46,425 bases of DNA from a virus (Duplodnaviria > Caudoviricetes), in IMG/VR virus record IMGVR_UViG_3300040971_000130, positions 1-46,425 of that record; one strand, written 5' to 3'. Positions within the stretch are counted from its first letter, which is position 1, and each line of letters starts with the position of its first letter. Position numbers and translations under genes: made by a program. Shown in pieces: positions 8,223 to 15,866 of this stretch. The notes below the pieces were generated by a model. That model made no database searches, had not been told where the DNA came from, and saw only the letters and a program-made list of their open reading frames with translations.

Positions 8223-10116
8223 TATGACCCGCCACCAGCTCCGTACATCCATGCCCACCATCCTGTCCGGCGCGCGCCAAGCTTGGGAGTCTCGCCCGTG
8301 GATCAGCACGGCGGAGTTCGCGGATAAGCATTTCCGGCTCGTGGTCGGCCCCGACGCCGGGCAGTATTTCCGGCACGACAGATCGCCCTACGCCCGCGAG
8401 ATCATGGACCTCTGGGACAAGCCATGGACGCGCAAAATGTTCATCGCCGCCCCGTCCCAAACCACCAAGACCACCATCGCCTACGCCTGTCTGACCGCAG
8501 AGCTGTACCGCGACCCCTCCCCGGCCGGAGTCGGCATGCCCGACGAGGGCACGGTCAAGCGTATTTTCAAGGAAAAGCTCGGGCCGCACTACGACAAGTC
8601 GCCCCTGCTGCGGCAGGACCTGGCCCCCAAAAGCCCCCTCCAGACCACCAATATCCTGCTCAAGGGCTCGACGATCTATGGCATGTGGAGCGGGTCCGAG
8701 GCGTCCATGTCCTCGGTCTCCATGCGCGTCATCGTCATCGACGAAGAGGACGCCTACGGCGACAAGGGAGCGGCCCGCACCCAGGAGGAACGCGCCCTGT
8801 CCTACCCGGACGACTGCAAGGTCATGCGCGTCAGCAAGCCGCGCGGCACCGAGGCCGAAAGCTCCATTTTCCGGGACATCAAGCGCCAGGCTCAGGCCAT
8901 CTACAGAATGGAGGTCGTCTGCCCGGACTGCGGTCACCCCCAGATCATGGAAAAGGACAACATCGTCGTACCCGAGGACGTGCGCGACCCGGCCGAGATC
9001 CGGGGTAAGCGTCTGGCCCGCTACCGCTGCGCCGGATGCGGCAGCCTCTGGACCGACCACCGCCGCAACCTGGCCGTGTCCGCCGGACGCCTGGTCACGG
9101 ACTCGACCGTAGAGCGCCCGGAGATCGTGGCCGTGCATCTGCCTTCCTGGCTCTCGCGCCAGATCAGCCTGTCCGCCGTCATGGCCGACTGGTTCGAGGC
9201 GCACCAGTCCGGGGTCCACGCCGAAAAAATCAAATTTGACAACAACCACCGCGCCCTGCCCGGCAACGTCGTGGCCCTGACCACGGACGCCGACCGCGTC
9301 CGCGCCATGATAACTGACCGGGCGCCCATGATCGTGCCCGCGCAAGCATGGTGCCTGACCTGCGGCATCGACGTGCAGATGGTCGGGTTCTGGTTCGCTG
9401 TTCGGGCATGGGGCCGGGATTACACGTCCTGGCTGGTCCAGTACGGTTTTCTGGACGCCTGGAGCGACGTGGAAAAGCTCGTGTTCGACTCCGTCTGGCC
9501 CGTGGAAGGCCGCGACGACGTGACCATGGGCCTGTGGCGCGCGGCCATCGACACGGGCGGCCACAAGGACAGCAAGGACCACCAGAGCGAAGGCTGGAGC
9601 CAGTCCGAGGAGACCAAGAACTGGCTGTACGAGCACGAGGGGCGGGGCATCGTCTACGGCACAAAGGGCGCAAGCACCCGGCAGGACCAGATCGTGCGCG
9701 CCACGGCCGTGGGCACGGACCCGGAAGTCCCTTCCCGCTATCAGCAAAAAATCGTCATGCGCCACCTCGATACGGATTATTTAAAGAGCCAGATCCAGGC
9801 CCGCATGCAGGCCGGGGCCAAGACCGCCCCCATGTGGCTGCACCGCGAAACCGACGACGACTACATCCGCCAGATTTGTTCCGAAAAGCAGATCATCGGC
9901 AAGGACGGCCGCACAAGCTGGGAAGTCCACGGGGCCAACCACCTGCTCGACTGCGAGGTCGGCGCGGCGGCCTGCGTCCATGTCGATTGGGCACCGAACA
10001 TGCGCCAGGCCCTGACCCAGCCGGATTGGCGCACCGTGCGCCAGGCCCTGACCCATCGCCCTGAAATCCAGGCCCCCCTGCGCGGCCGCGTCATCAACCC
10101 CAACGCCCGGAGATAA
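8215..10116 (+). CDS. terL: Terminase large subunit, lambda GpA family
   Basis: PYAREIMD, Walker A-like PSQTTKT, Walker B VIVIDEED, CPDCGH/CAGCG Zn motifs, GIDVQ, IDTGG, NHLLDCEV. Confidence 0.92.
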   Translation: MRNMTRHQLRTSMPTILSGARQAWESRPWISTAEFADKHFRLVVGPDAGQYFRHDRSPYAREIMDLWDKPWTRKMFIAAPSQTTKTTIAYACLTAELYRDPSPAGVGMPDEGTVKRIFKEKLGPHYDKSPLLRQDLAPKSPLQTTNILLKGSTIYGMWSGSEASMSSVSMRVIVIDEEDAYGDKGAARTQEERALSYPDDCKVMRVSKPRGTEAESSIFRDIKRQAQAIYRMEVVCPDCGHPQIMEKDNIVVPEDVRDPAEIRGKRLARYRCAGCGSLWTDHRRNLAVSAGRLVTDSTVERPEIVAVHLPSWLSRQISLSAVMADWFEAHQSGVHAEKIKFDNNHRALPGNVVALTTDADRVRAMITDRAPMIVPAQAWCLTCGIDVQMVGFWFAVRAWGRDYTSWLVQYGFLDAWSDVEKLVFDSVWPVEGRDDVTMGLWRAAIDTGGHKDSKDHQSEGWSQSEETKNWLYEHEGRGIVYGTKGASTRQDQIVRATAVGTDPEVPSRYQQKIVMRHLDTDYLKSQIQARMQAGAKTAPMWLHRETDDDYIRQICSEKQIIGKDGRTSWEVHGANHLLDCEVGAAACVHVDWAPNMRQALTQPDWRTVRQALTHRPEIQAPLRGRVINPNARR

Positions 10117-10118
10117 GC

Positions 10119-10481
10119 ATGTCCAAGCCAGCCCTCAAACCGCCCGTGGACATCACCACCCTGCGCGCCATCGTGCGCGTGATGCAGTCCGGCGGAGCCG
10201 TGGACTTCGATCCCGAACGCGGCGTCATCTGCAACCTGTGCGGCCACCACGCCCAAGGCAAGGGCCTGGGAGTGACCAAGACCATGTACCAGTCCGGCGG
10301 CCTGCGCGAGAGATACCACACCTGCCCCAACTGCGGCCGGCGTTTCAAGAGCGTCGAGGCCCGGGCGGAATATCACAAACCCGCTTCTGGTCCTGAAACG
10401 ACTAAAACAACGTCAACGATTAGTTTACGCCATAAACAGCAGCAAGGAGATAGCCCATGCACATCATGCCCAAAAAACTGA
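10119..10481 (+). CDS. Zn-ribbon protein (Ogr/Delta- or NrdR-N-like; possible late activator)
   Basis: CNLCG...RYHTCPNCGRRFKSVE. Confidence 0.6.
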   Translation: MSKPALKPPVDITTLRAIVRVMQSGGAVDFDPERGVICNLCGHHAQGKGLGVTKTMYQSGGLRERYHTCPNCGRRFKSVEARAEYHKPASGPETTKTTSTISLRHKQQQGDSPCTSCPKN

Positions 10482-11017
10482 CGGACCTCGAACCCTACGC
10501 CCGCAACTCCCGCACACACAGCCCGGAACAGGTCGCGCAGCTCGTGGCCAGCATCAAGGAATTCGGATGGACCAACCCGGTCCTCATCGACGAGCACGGC
10601 GGCGTCATCGCCGGACACGGCCGCATCATGGCCGCCCGCGAACTGGGCATGGAAGAGGTGCCCTGCATCGTCCTGGCCGGCCTGACCGAGGCCCAGAAGA
10701 AGGCATACATCATCGCCGACAATAAGCTGGGGCTGAACGCCGGGTGGGATGAAGAGATGCTGCGACTGGAGATGGAGGACTTGCAGGGGCTTGATTTTAG
10801 GTTGGAGCTGACCGGGTTTGCAAACCTGGTCGACGACATGTCTTTGCGCCGAGAGGTCGCCATGGAACCACTTCCAGGAGTCAAGGAAGAGGATTTGCGG
10901 CCCTTTTCGAGGACATTTTTTTTGATCGAAGTCCATCCGTCAGACATAGGCATGGTTCAGGCGGAACTCGACGCGCTGCGTGCCAAGGGGGTGAAAATTG
11001 AGCAAAGTAGTAATTAA
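10457..11017 (+). CDS. ParB/Srx N-terminal domain protein
   Basis: LEPYARNSRTH..QVAQLVASIKEFGWTNPVLID..IAGHGR..IADNKL; AAGGAG RBS; no MTase fused. Confidence 0.9.
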   Translation: MHIMPKKLTDLEPYARNSRTHSPEQVAQLVASIKEFGWTNPVLIDEHGGVIAGHGRIMAARELGMEEVPCIVLAGLTEAQKKAYIIADNKLGLNAGWDEEMLRLEMEDLQGLDFRLELTGFANLVDDMSLRREVAMEPLPGVKEEDLRPFSRTFFLIEVHPSDIGMVQAELDALRAKGVKIEQSSN

Positions 11018-11573
11018 AAAGCGGGACAACTCCAATTTCTCTGACAAGACTGCGCTGCGCCTCCAGGAATGCATGCGCTTTCACGGTGGCCCAGTCCGCG
11101 TTTTGGACTGCTTTCACGGGGAGGGTAAATTGTGGGCGGATGTCGCAGAGCTTTACCCTGGAAAAATCAATCTCGTGGGCATTGAAAAAGAACGCGGAAA
11201 AAGCCCTTTCACGGTGCTTGAAGGCGACAATCAAAAATTTTTGCCTGCCATGGACTTGTCCAGATTCGACCTCATCGACTTGGACGCCTATGGAAGCGTG
11301 TCCAAACAATTCATGTCTGTCGTACGGAACCCGACATTTGGCGGATGCCCTATTTTTATTACGGAAATCACCACTTTTTTGGGTGCCATCCCCCGTGAAG
11401 TCACAGGATCAAACAGCCTCCATCATTTTTACAAGAAAAACAGAACCGTATTAAGATCGCTCTATTACCCGTTGCTGTTCGAGATGTTCAGAAAATACGG
11501 GGCAAAAAAAATTAAATACATCCAAAGAGACAAGGGTCCAAGCCGAAAGCTGTATGGAGTCCTTTATTTTTAG
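10998..11573 (+). CDS. Class I SAM-dependent methyltransferase-like protein
   Basis: VLDCFHGEG (motif I-like), GIEK, GDN, FDLIDLDAYGS (motif IV-like); TTG start overlaps the ParB gene; low GC. Confidence 0.7.
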   Translation: MSKVVIKKRDNSNFSDKTALRLQECMRFHGGPVRVLDCFHGEGKLWADVAELYPGKINLVGIEKERGKSPFTVLEGDNQKFLPAMDLSRFDLIDLDAYGSVSKQFMSVVRNPTFGGCPIFITEITTFLGAIPREVTGSNSLHHFYKKNRTVLRSLYYPLLFEMFRKYGAKKIKYIQRDKGPSRKLYGVLYF

Positions 11574-11590
11574 TTGAAAAAAACATGCGC

Positions 11591-11620
11591 GAAGGCCCAG
11601 AAAATGGGCCTTCTTTTTTT
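11591..11620 (+). terminator. Rho-independent terminator
   Basis: GAAGGCCCA-GAAAA-TGGGCCTTC followed by T7. Confidence 0.8.
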
Positions 11621-11638
11621 CATAGCTATTTGATTTTG

Positions 11639-11701
11639 TTGATTTTTTTCTTGCACTCCCCTTGAAAAACCTGCTATCTTTTTTCTGTGGCAAAAAATCA
11701 A
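11639..11701 (+). promoter_or_regulatory. Putative sigma70 promoter of the radical SAM gene, flanked by an inverted repeat
   Basis: TTGCAC-18-(TGC)TATCTT; TTGATTTTTT (11639) and AAAAAATCAA (11692). Confidence 0.5.
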
Positions 11702-11718
11702 CCCAGGAGAAAATCACC

Positions 11719-12459
11719 ATGGCTATCATTTATCAACCTCGCGGACGCGCCCTTGAGTATGGCCCCCTGGCCGCCAATCTTTACGACGGCTGCACTCACG
11801 GATGCCTCTATTGCTACGCCCCCAGCTGCCGCCAAAAACGCCGGGAAGACTACCACGCCCTGGCAAAGCCCAGAAAAGACATCATTAAATTGCTCGAAAA
11901 GGACGCCCGTGACTACCAGGGCCAGGAAGTTTTTTTGTGTTTTACCTGCGACCCCTGGCCGGCCGACACCGAGATTCAGCTTGCCGGGCAGGCCATTGAC
12001 GTCCTGACAGGGGCAGGGGTCAGGGCGCGGACACTGACAAAAGCCGGGCGGCGGTCCATGGCCGACATCCCGGCACTTGTCCGAAACGGCGGGGCATACG
12101 GCGCGACCATGACTTTTATGGACCAGGCCAAGTCGGCCCACTGGGAGCCCATGGCCGACACGCCTACGGGAAGGATCGAGGCCCTCGCCGCCGCGCACAG
12201 TGCCGGAATTGAGACATGGGTCAGCCTGGAGCCCGTCATCGAGCCCGCCGAATCATTGCGGATTATCGAGGCGACTCACGAGATCGTCGACGTCTACAAG
12301 GTCGGGACTCTCAATTACAATCGCGCCGTGGCCGGGGGTATCGACTGGCCGAAATTCGCGCGCGAAGTTCGGGATATGCTTCAAAAATTCGGGAAAAATT
12401 ATTATCTCAAGGCGGACTTGAGGAAGTATTTACCCGAAAACATTAATAATAATTTCTAA
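11719..12459 (+). CDS. Radical SAM protein (spore photoproduct lyase-like)
   Basis: GCTHGCLYCYAP CxxxCxxC, TCDPW, LTK, WEP..R, WVSLEPVI; AGGAG RBS. Confidence 0.88.
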   Translation: MAIIYQPRGRALEYGPLAANLYDGCTHGCLYCYAPSCRQKRREDYHALAKPRKDIIKLLEKDARDYQGQEVFLCFTCDPWPADTEIQLAGQAIDVLTGAGVRARTLTKAGRRSMADIPALVRNGGAYGATMTFMDQAKSAHWEPMADTPTGRIEALAAAHSAGIETWVSLEPVIEPAESLRIIEATHEIVDVYKVGTLNYNRAVAGGIDWPKFAREVRDMLQKFGKNYYLKADLRKYLPENINNNF

Positions 12460-12507
12460 ACAATTTATTGTTTAGAAATTGATAACAAATAAACAATACG
12501 CTAATAA
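12451..12507 (+). promoter_or_regulatory. Operator palindrome and promoter of the acr-like operon
   Basis: Perfect 14-bp inverted repeat AATTTCTAAACAAT-TT-ATTGTTTAGAAATT (12451-12480) overlapping TTGATA-17-TAATAA; third TAAACAAT half-site at 12490. Confidence 0.75.
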
Positions 12508-12541
12508 TCAAATCAACAAGAGGCAACCAACCCCCCCCCGG

Positions 12542-12576
12542 CGGCAACCGGGACCAAAAACAGGAGCAGCATCATG
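12542..12576 (+). repeat. 35-bp leader repeat, copy 1 (includes RBS and ATG)
   Basis: CGGCAACCGGGACCAAAAACAGGAGCAGCATCATG, 34/35 identical to 13014-13048. Confidence 0.9.
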
Positions 12577-12972
12577 GCAACCATCACACTAGAAACTTAC
12601 GCTTACAACCAGCGCCGCTACGGCAAGCCGTGGATAGCCCGAGTCGATTTCTCCAGCAGCTCGCGGGGAGACTTTGCATGGGGCGAGTGGGCCGGGGACC
12701 ACATGAACGGTGGGGCCGGTGTGCTGAGCGTCAACGTCAACCCCGGTGACATCGTCGCCAAGGGCCAGAAGGATTTCCGCAACGAAAAAAATTCAGCGGC
12801 CGAGTTCTTTATCGTACTGCCTGACCTAACGCTCAACTCTCTCGGCGACAAGGGCTCGGCATACAAGCACTACCTGGCGACCAAGAGTCAGGCGCCAGAC
12901 CGCGAGGCGCTGATTTACGAACGCGCCAGCCTCGTGGCCAGAATCTCGGAAATCGACGCGCTGCTGGCATAA
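12574..12972 (+). CDS. Hypothetical protein, candidate anti-defence protein
   Basis: Strong RBS; first gene after the palindrome promoter; YNQRRYGKPWIARV. Confidence 0.8.
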   Translation: MATITLETYAYNQRRYGKPWIARVDFSSSSRGDFAWGEWAGDHMNGGAGVLSVNVNPGDIVAKGQKDFRNEKNSAAEFFIVLPDLTLNSLGDKGSAYKHYLATKSQAPDREALIYERASLVARISEIDALLA

Positions 12973-13013
12973 GCAACACAGGGGGCCACCCGGCCCCCGT
13001 CACTACCCCCTGA

Positions 13014-13048
13014 CGGCAACCGGGACCAAAAACAGGAGCAGTATCATG
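13014..13048 (+). repeat. 35-bp leader repeat, copy 2
   Basis: CGGCAACCGGGACCAAAAACAGGAGCAGTATCATG. Confidence 0.9.
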
Positions 13049-13303
13049 AAGAGTATCACGGTAAAAACGCTTTGCGGACACAATGACGCCACCACGACCC
13101 TTGCGCCGAATGGATCACCGCTTGGAAATTTCCGCACCGCATCCTTACAGGTGCGACGCATCAATAATGTGCCCGACGACGTAGCCCCGTCCGCCGTGGT
13201 CAAGGCATTCCGGGAGACGGTCGACATCAGTTGGCTCGGGGGCAGGGAGGGGCAACTGGAATTCGATTTCGCGGAAATCGGTGGCGGAAAGATCATCCGA
13301 TAA
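13046..13303 (+). CDS. Hypothetical 85-aa protein, candidate anti-defence protein
   Basis: Same leader and RBS as 12574; bounded by GC hairpins at 12981-12998 and 13311-13331. Confidence 0.75.
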   Translation: MKSITVKTLCGHNDATTTLAPNGSPLGNFRTASLQVRRINNVPDDVAPSAVVKAFRETVDISWLGGREGQLEFDFAEIGGGKIIR

Positions 13304-13389
13304 CCCGCCTCCGGGAGCCCCAGGCTCCCGGCTTCCATCGCTGCCGGGAAATCGGTCCAGGCCGCGAAGAAGCCGACAGGAGGATGAAT

Positions 13390-13668
13390 ATGCCTTATTT
13401 TTACGCGGAAATCCGGGGCGGGGATGTGATCAATAGCGCGACGAACTGGCAGGAACTCAAGGCCGCCGATCTCAGATCTGCAAAAAAGGAGGCTGATAAC
13501 AGCCAGTTTTTCACGGGGACAAGCCTGTATGTTGCGAAACAGAAGGACGGCGATTTCAAGGTCGTATCAGAGAAGGTGTCAGACCCCATCAACATGAATC
13601 TGTCCGAAAAATGGCGCGACGTGGCCGAAGAGTCTGGCGAAGATTACGAGAGCGGCGACCTATTCTGA
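13390..13668 (+). CDS. AcrIF9-like anti-CRISPR protein
   Basis: AGGAGG RBS; INS..AADLRSAKKEADNSQFFTGT resembles the AcrIF9 core INS..ATSLSQAKRIASKEQCFHGT as I recall it. Confidence 0.65.
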   Translation: MPYFYAEIRGGDVINSATNWQELKAADLRSAKKEADNSQFFTGTSLYVAKQKDGDFKVVSEKVSDPINMNLSEKWRDVAEESGEDYESGDLF

Positions 13669-13727
13669 CAAAAATTTACTGCCGCACAGGCAGCCATGGA
13701 AGCCAAAAAAAGATACCGGAGATATTT

Positions 13728-14741
13728 ATGCCCCTCTTCCCCACCGAAATTTTAGACGCCTACTCCCGTCGCTACCCCCAGGCGTGGAAGCAGATGGAAA
13801 TGTTCCGCCAGGACAAGGGCGTTCCCACGTTCGTCAACTGGGCGGACTGGTGCTGGGTCCCGGTTGCCGGGGCCTATGCCGTTGTCTCCGGCGGAGGGTC
13901 GGGTCTCGTTCCTCCGGAGCACATCCCCGACGTGGCCATGATCCATGCCCTGGCGACCTGGCGGCTATCCCAGGGCATCTACAGGTTCGAGCCAGAGATG
14001 TACGAGCAAATAGCGTCCACGCCCATGTCCGGCGAGATCCCCATGGAAACGCTGCTGCGCCTGCCCGAATGGTGCGTCTATATCGAGACGCCAAACGACC
14101 CGCTCATGCCCGGATTCTGGGCGCTCCTGGAAGAAGATCAGAACGCCGGACATGTGGAACTGCGCATCGTTGGCGTTTCAGACGGCATTGTTTACCTGCT
14201 GCCTATCCATCTACGCGTCGGCGCGAGCCTGGCGGACTGTCTGGAGGACACGACCAGGTACACGGTCATGCAGGGACTGCTCTCTATGAACCAGACGGCA
14301 GATATATCCGTTTTTGAAGCAGCCAGAAACAACGCGCCAAATTTTGCCAAGGACGTCGCGCGCTACGTCAACCTGGTTCTTTATCTCTGCGCCGACGCCC
14401 CGGACCTCGGCGGCGAACTGCCGCAGAAAGCGGACTACATGAAAACCAAAAAAGGCCATCGCTGGTTCCCTGCCAAAAAACCCAAAGTCTGGGAAGCCGG
14501 GTATCGCGTGGCCAAATGGCTGCGCGCCGCGCGCGAAAGCGCCGCCTCCAGGGGCGACGGCGACACTGGCCGCCAGGTAACCCCCCACGTCAGGCGCGCG
14601 CACTGGCACGGATTTTGGTGCGGTCCCCGCTCCGACCAATCAGCCCGCCGCTTCGGCCTCAAATGGTTGCCGCCGATCCCGATAGGATTTTCCGCATCCG
14701 ATCTGGACAAGCTCATACCGACCGTCAAACGCGTCGATTAA
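13728..14741 (+). CDS. AcrVA2/FinQ-family protein
   Basis: WRLSQGIY, LLRLPEWCVYI, GFWALL, LVLYLCADAPD, PHVRRAHWHGFW..KWLPP; 337 aa, similar in size to AcrVA2. Confidence 0.85.
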   Translation: MPLFPTEILDAYSRRYPQAWKQMEMFRQDKGVPTFVNWADWCWVPVAGAYAVVSGGGSGLVPPEHIPDVAMIHALATWRLSQGIYRFEPEMYEQIASTPMSGEIPMETLLRLPEWCVYIETPNDPLMPGFWALLEEDQNAGHVELRIVGVSDGIVYLLPIHLRVGASLADCLEDTTRYTVMQGLLSMNQTADISVFEAARNNAPNFAKDVARYVNLVLYLCADAPDLGGELPQKADYMKTKKGHRWFPAKKPKVWEAGYRVAKWLRAARESAASRGDGDTGRQVTPHVRRAHWHGFWCGPRSDQSARRFGLKWLPPIPIGFSASDLDKLIPTVKRVD

Positions 14742-14752
14742 AGAGGTATGCG

Positions 14753-15199
14753 ATGAAACCGAAAAAATTTACCTCGGTCCACCCAGGGCTGCCTGGCAGC
14801 TTCCTCACTGTCGTATTCACCGACCATCCGCCGGTGGACATCATAAAGGACAAGTGGCCGGTCATCGCGCACGGCAGCTACAAAAATCACGATATACAGG
14901 AAGAATTTCAGGAACGTCGATGGGAAGCGGGCATATACGCCCGCCAGCACAATGACGAGCGAGTCCTTGTTTATGGCATCTATGAGCACCACACCTCGTT
15001 CCATGGTGAATCCTGTTTTTCCACTCGGGCCGGAGAAATGCCGAAACACACGCGAGAAGATATTATCGAGGCAATCACCCTGGTCGGAAAAACCATGGTA
15101 AAATCGGCGGAATCCGCAGGGTTCGATTTCAAAAATCATATCAACGCCGCCGTGCGCGACTGCATCAATAATCTGCCACAGGAGCAAAAAAATGGCTGA
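14753..15199 (+). CDS. Hypothetical protein, candidate anti-defence protein
   Basis: GAGG RBS; TDHPPV..WPVIA..RQHND.RVLVYG; coupled to the next gene. Confidence 0.75.
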   Translation: MKPKKFTSVHPGLPGSFLTVVFTDHPPVDIIKDKWPVIAHGSYKNHDIQEEFQERRWEAGIYARQHNDERVLVYGIYEHHTSFHGESCFSTRAGEMPKHTREDIIEAITLVGKTMVKSAESAGFDFKNHINAAVRDCINNLPQEQKNG

Positions 15200-15737
15200 A
15201 CGCCAGCAAAACAAAAAAAAATCCATCACCTTCTCAGTCCCGGACCAGTTCGTCGCCATCCTGGAAAGCCGGGCCGATCTGTTCACCGGCATGAACCGCT
15301 CCAGCCAGCTCATGCTCGACCTGGAGACCTACTGGGCCATCCTCGAAAACGGCCTGTCCCGCGCCCGGCGCGTGCTGACCCGCCGCGAGGCCAAGATGGT
15401 CCTGGACATCCAAAACGGCTCTTGGCTCGGCTCTGGTCCCGAGGCTGTCATGTGGATGCAGTCCGGCCTGATCCACAACGTCTACGACGGCATCTACCTG
15501 AACGCCGCCGACGAAAAATGGAGCGTGGACGGCAAAGCCGTGCTGGCCAAGCTGAACGAAATGGGCGACGTCCCCCGCCTCGCCCTGGCCGACTGGGCGC
15601 GCCGCATGTGGAGCCACTACCAGGACAACGAGCTGTGGGAAGCGGAACTCGCCAAATTCCAACTCGACCCCACTCCGGAACTGACCGACGAAGAACACCT
15701 CGCCAACGCCGTGGAACGCCTGAACGCCAAACCGTAA
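15192..15737 (+). CDS. Ribbon-helix-helix protein with a helical C-terminal domain; candidate operon repressor (Aca-like)
   Basis: KKKSITFSVPDQFVAILESRA..MNRSSQL has the RHH pattern; last gene of the operon; AGGAG RBS. Confidence 0.65.
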   Translation: MAERQQNKKKSITFSVPDQFVAILESRADLFTGMNRSSQLMLDLETYWAILENGLSRARRVLTRREAKMVLDIQNGSWLGSGPEAVMWMQSGLIHNVYDGIYLNAADEKWSVDGKAVLAKLNEMGDVPRLALADWARRMWSHYQDNELWEAELAKFQLDPTPELTDEEHLANAVERLNAKP

Positions 15738-15847
15738 GGACGAAAATTTTTTCTCCCCTACAATTGCCTGACCCGTCCCGTCCCCCCACCAAGGCCCGCC
15801 CCACGCGGGCCTTCCCCGTTCCTCCAGCCCCGAAAAAAAAATGACGC

Positions 15848-15866
15848 GTTTCCTATCATAGGAAAC
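15848..15866. promoter_or_regulatory. Palindrome upstream of the head operon
   Basis: GTTTCCTAT-C-ATAGGAAAC in an AT-rich intergenic stretch. Confidence 0.45.

Noticed and set aside
10457-11017. ParABS partition system
   Set aside because: No ParA and no HTH; it is the ParB-N type associated with phage modification loci
12542-13048. 35-bp repeats as a CRISPR or mini-array
   Set aside because: Only two copies, 472 bp apart, each containing an RBS and ATG; no cas genes
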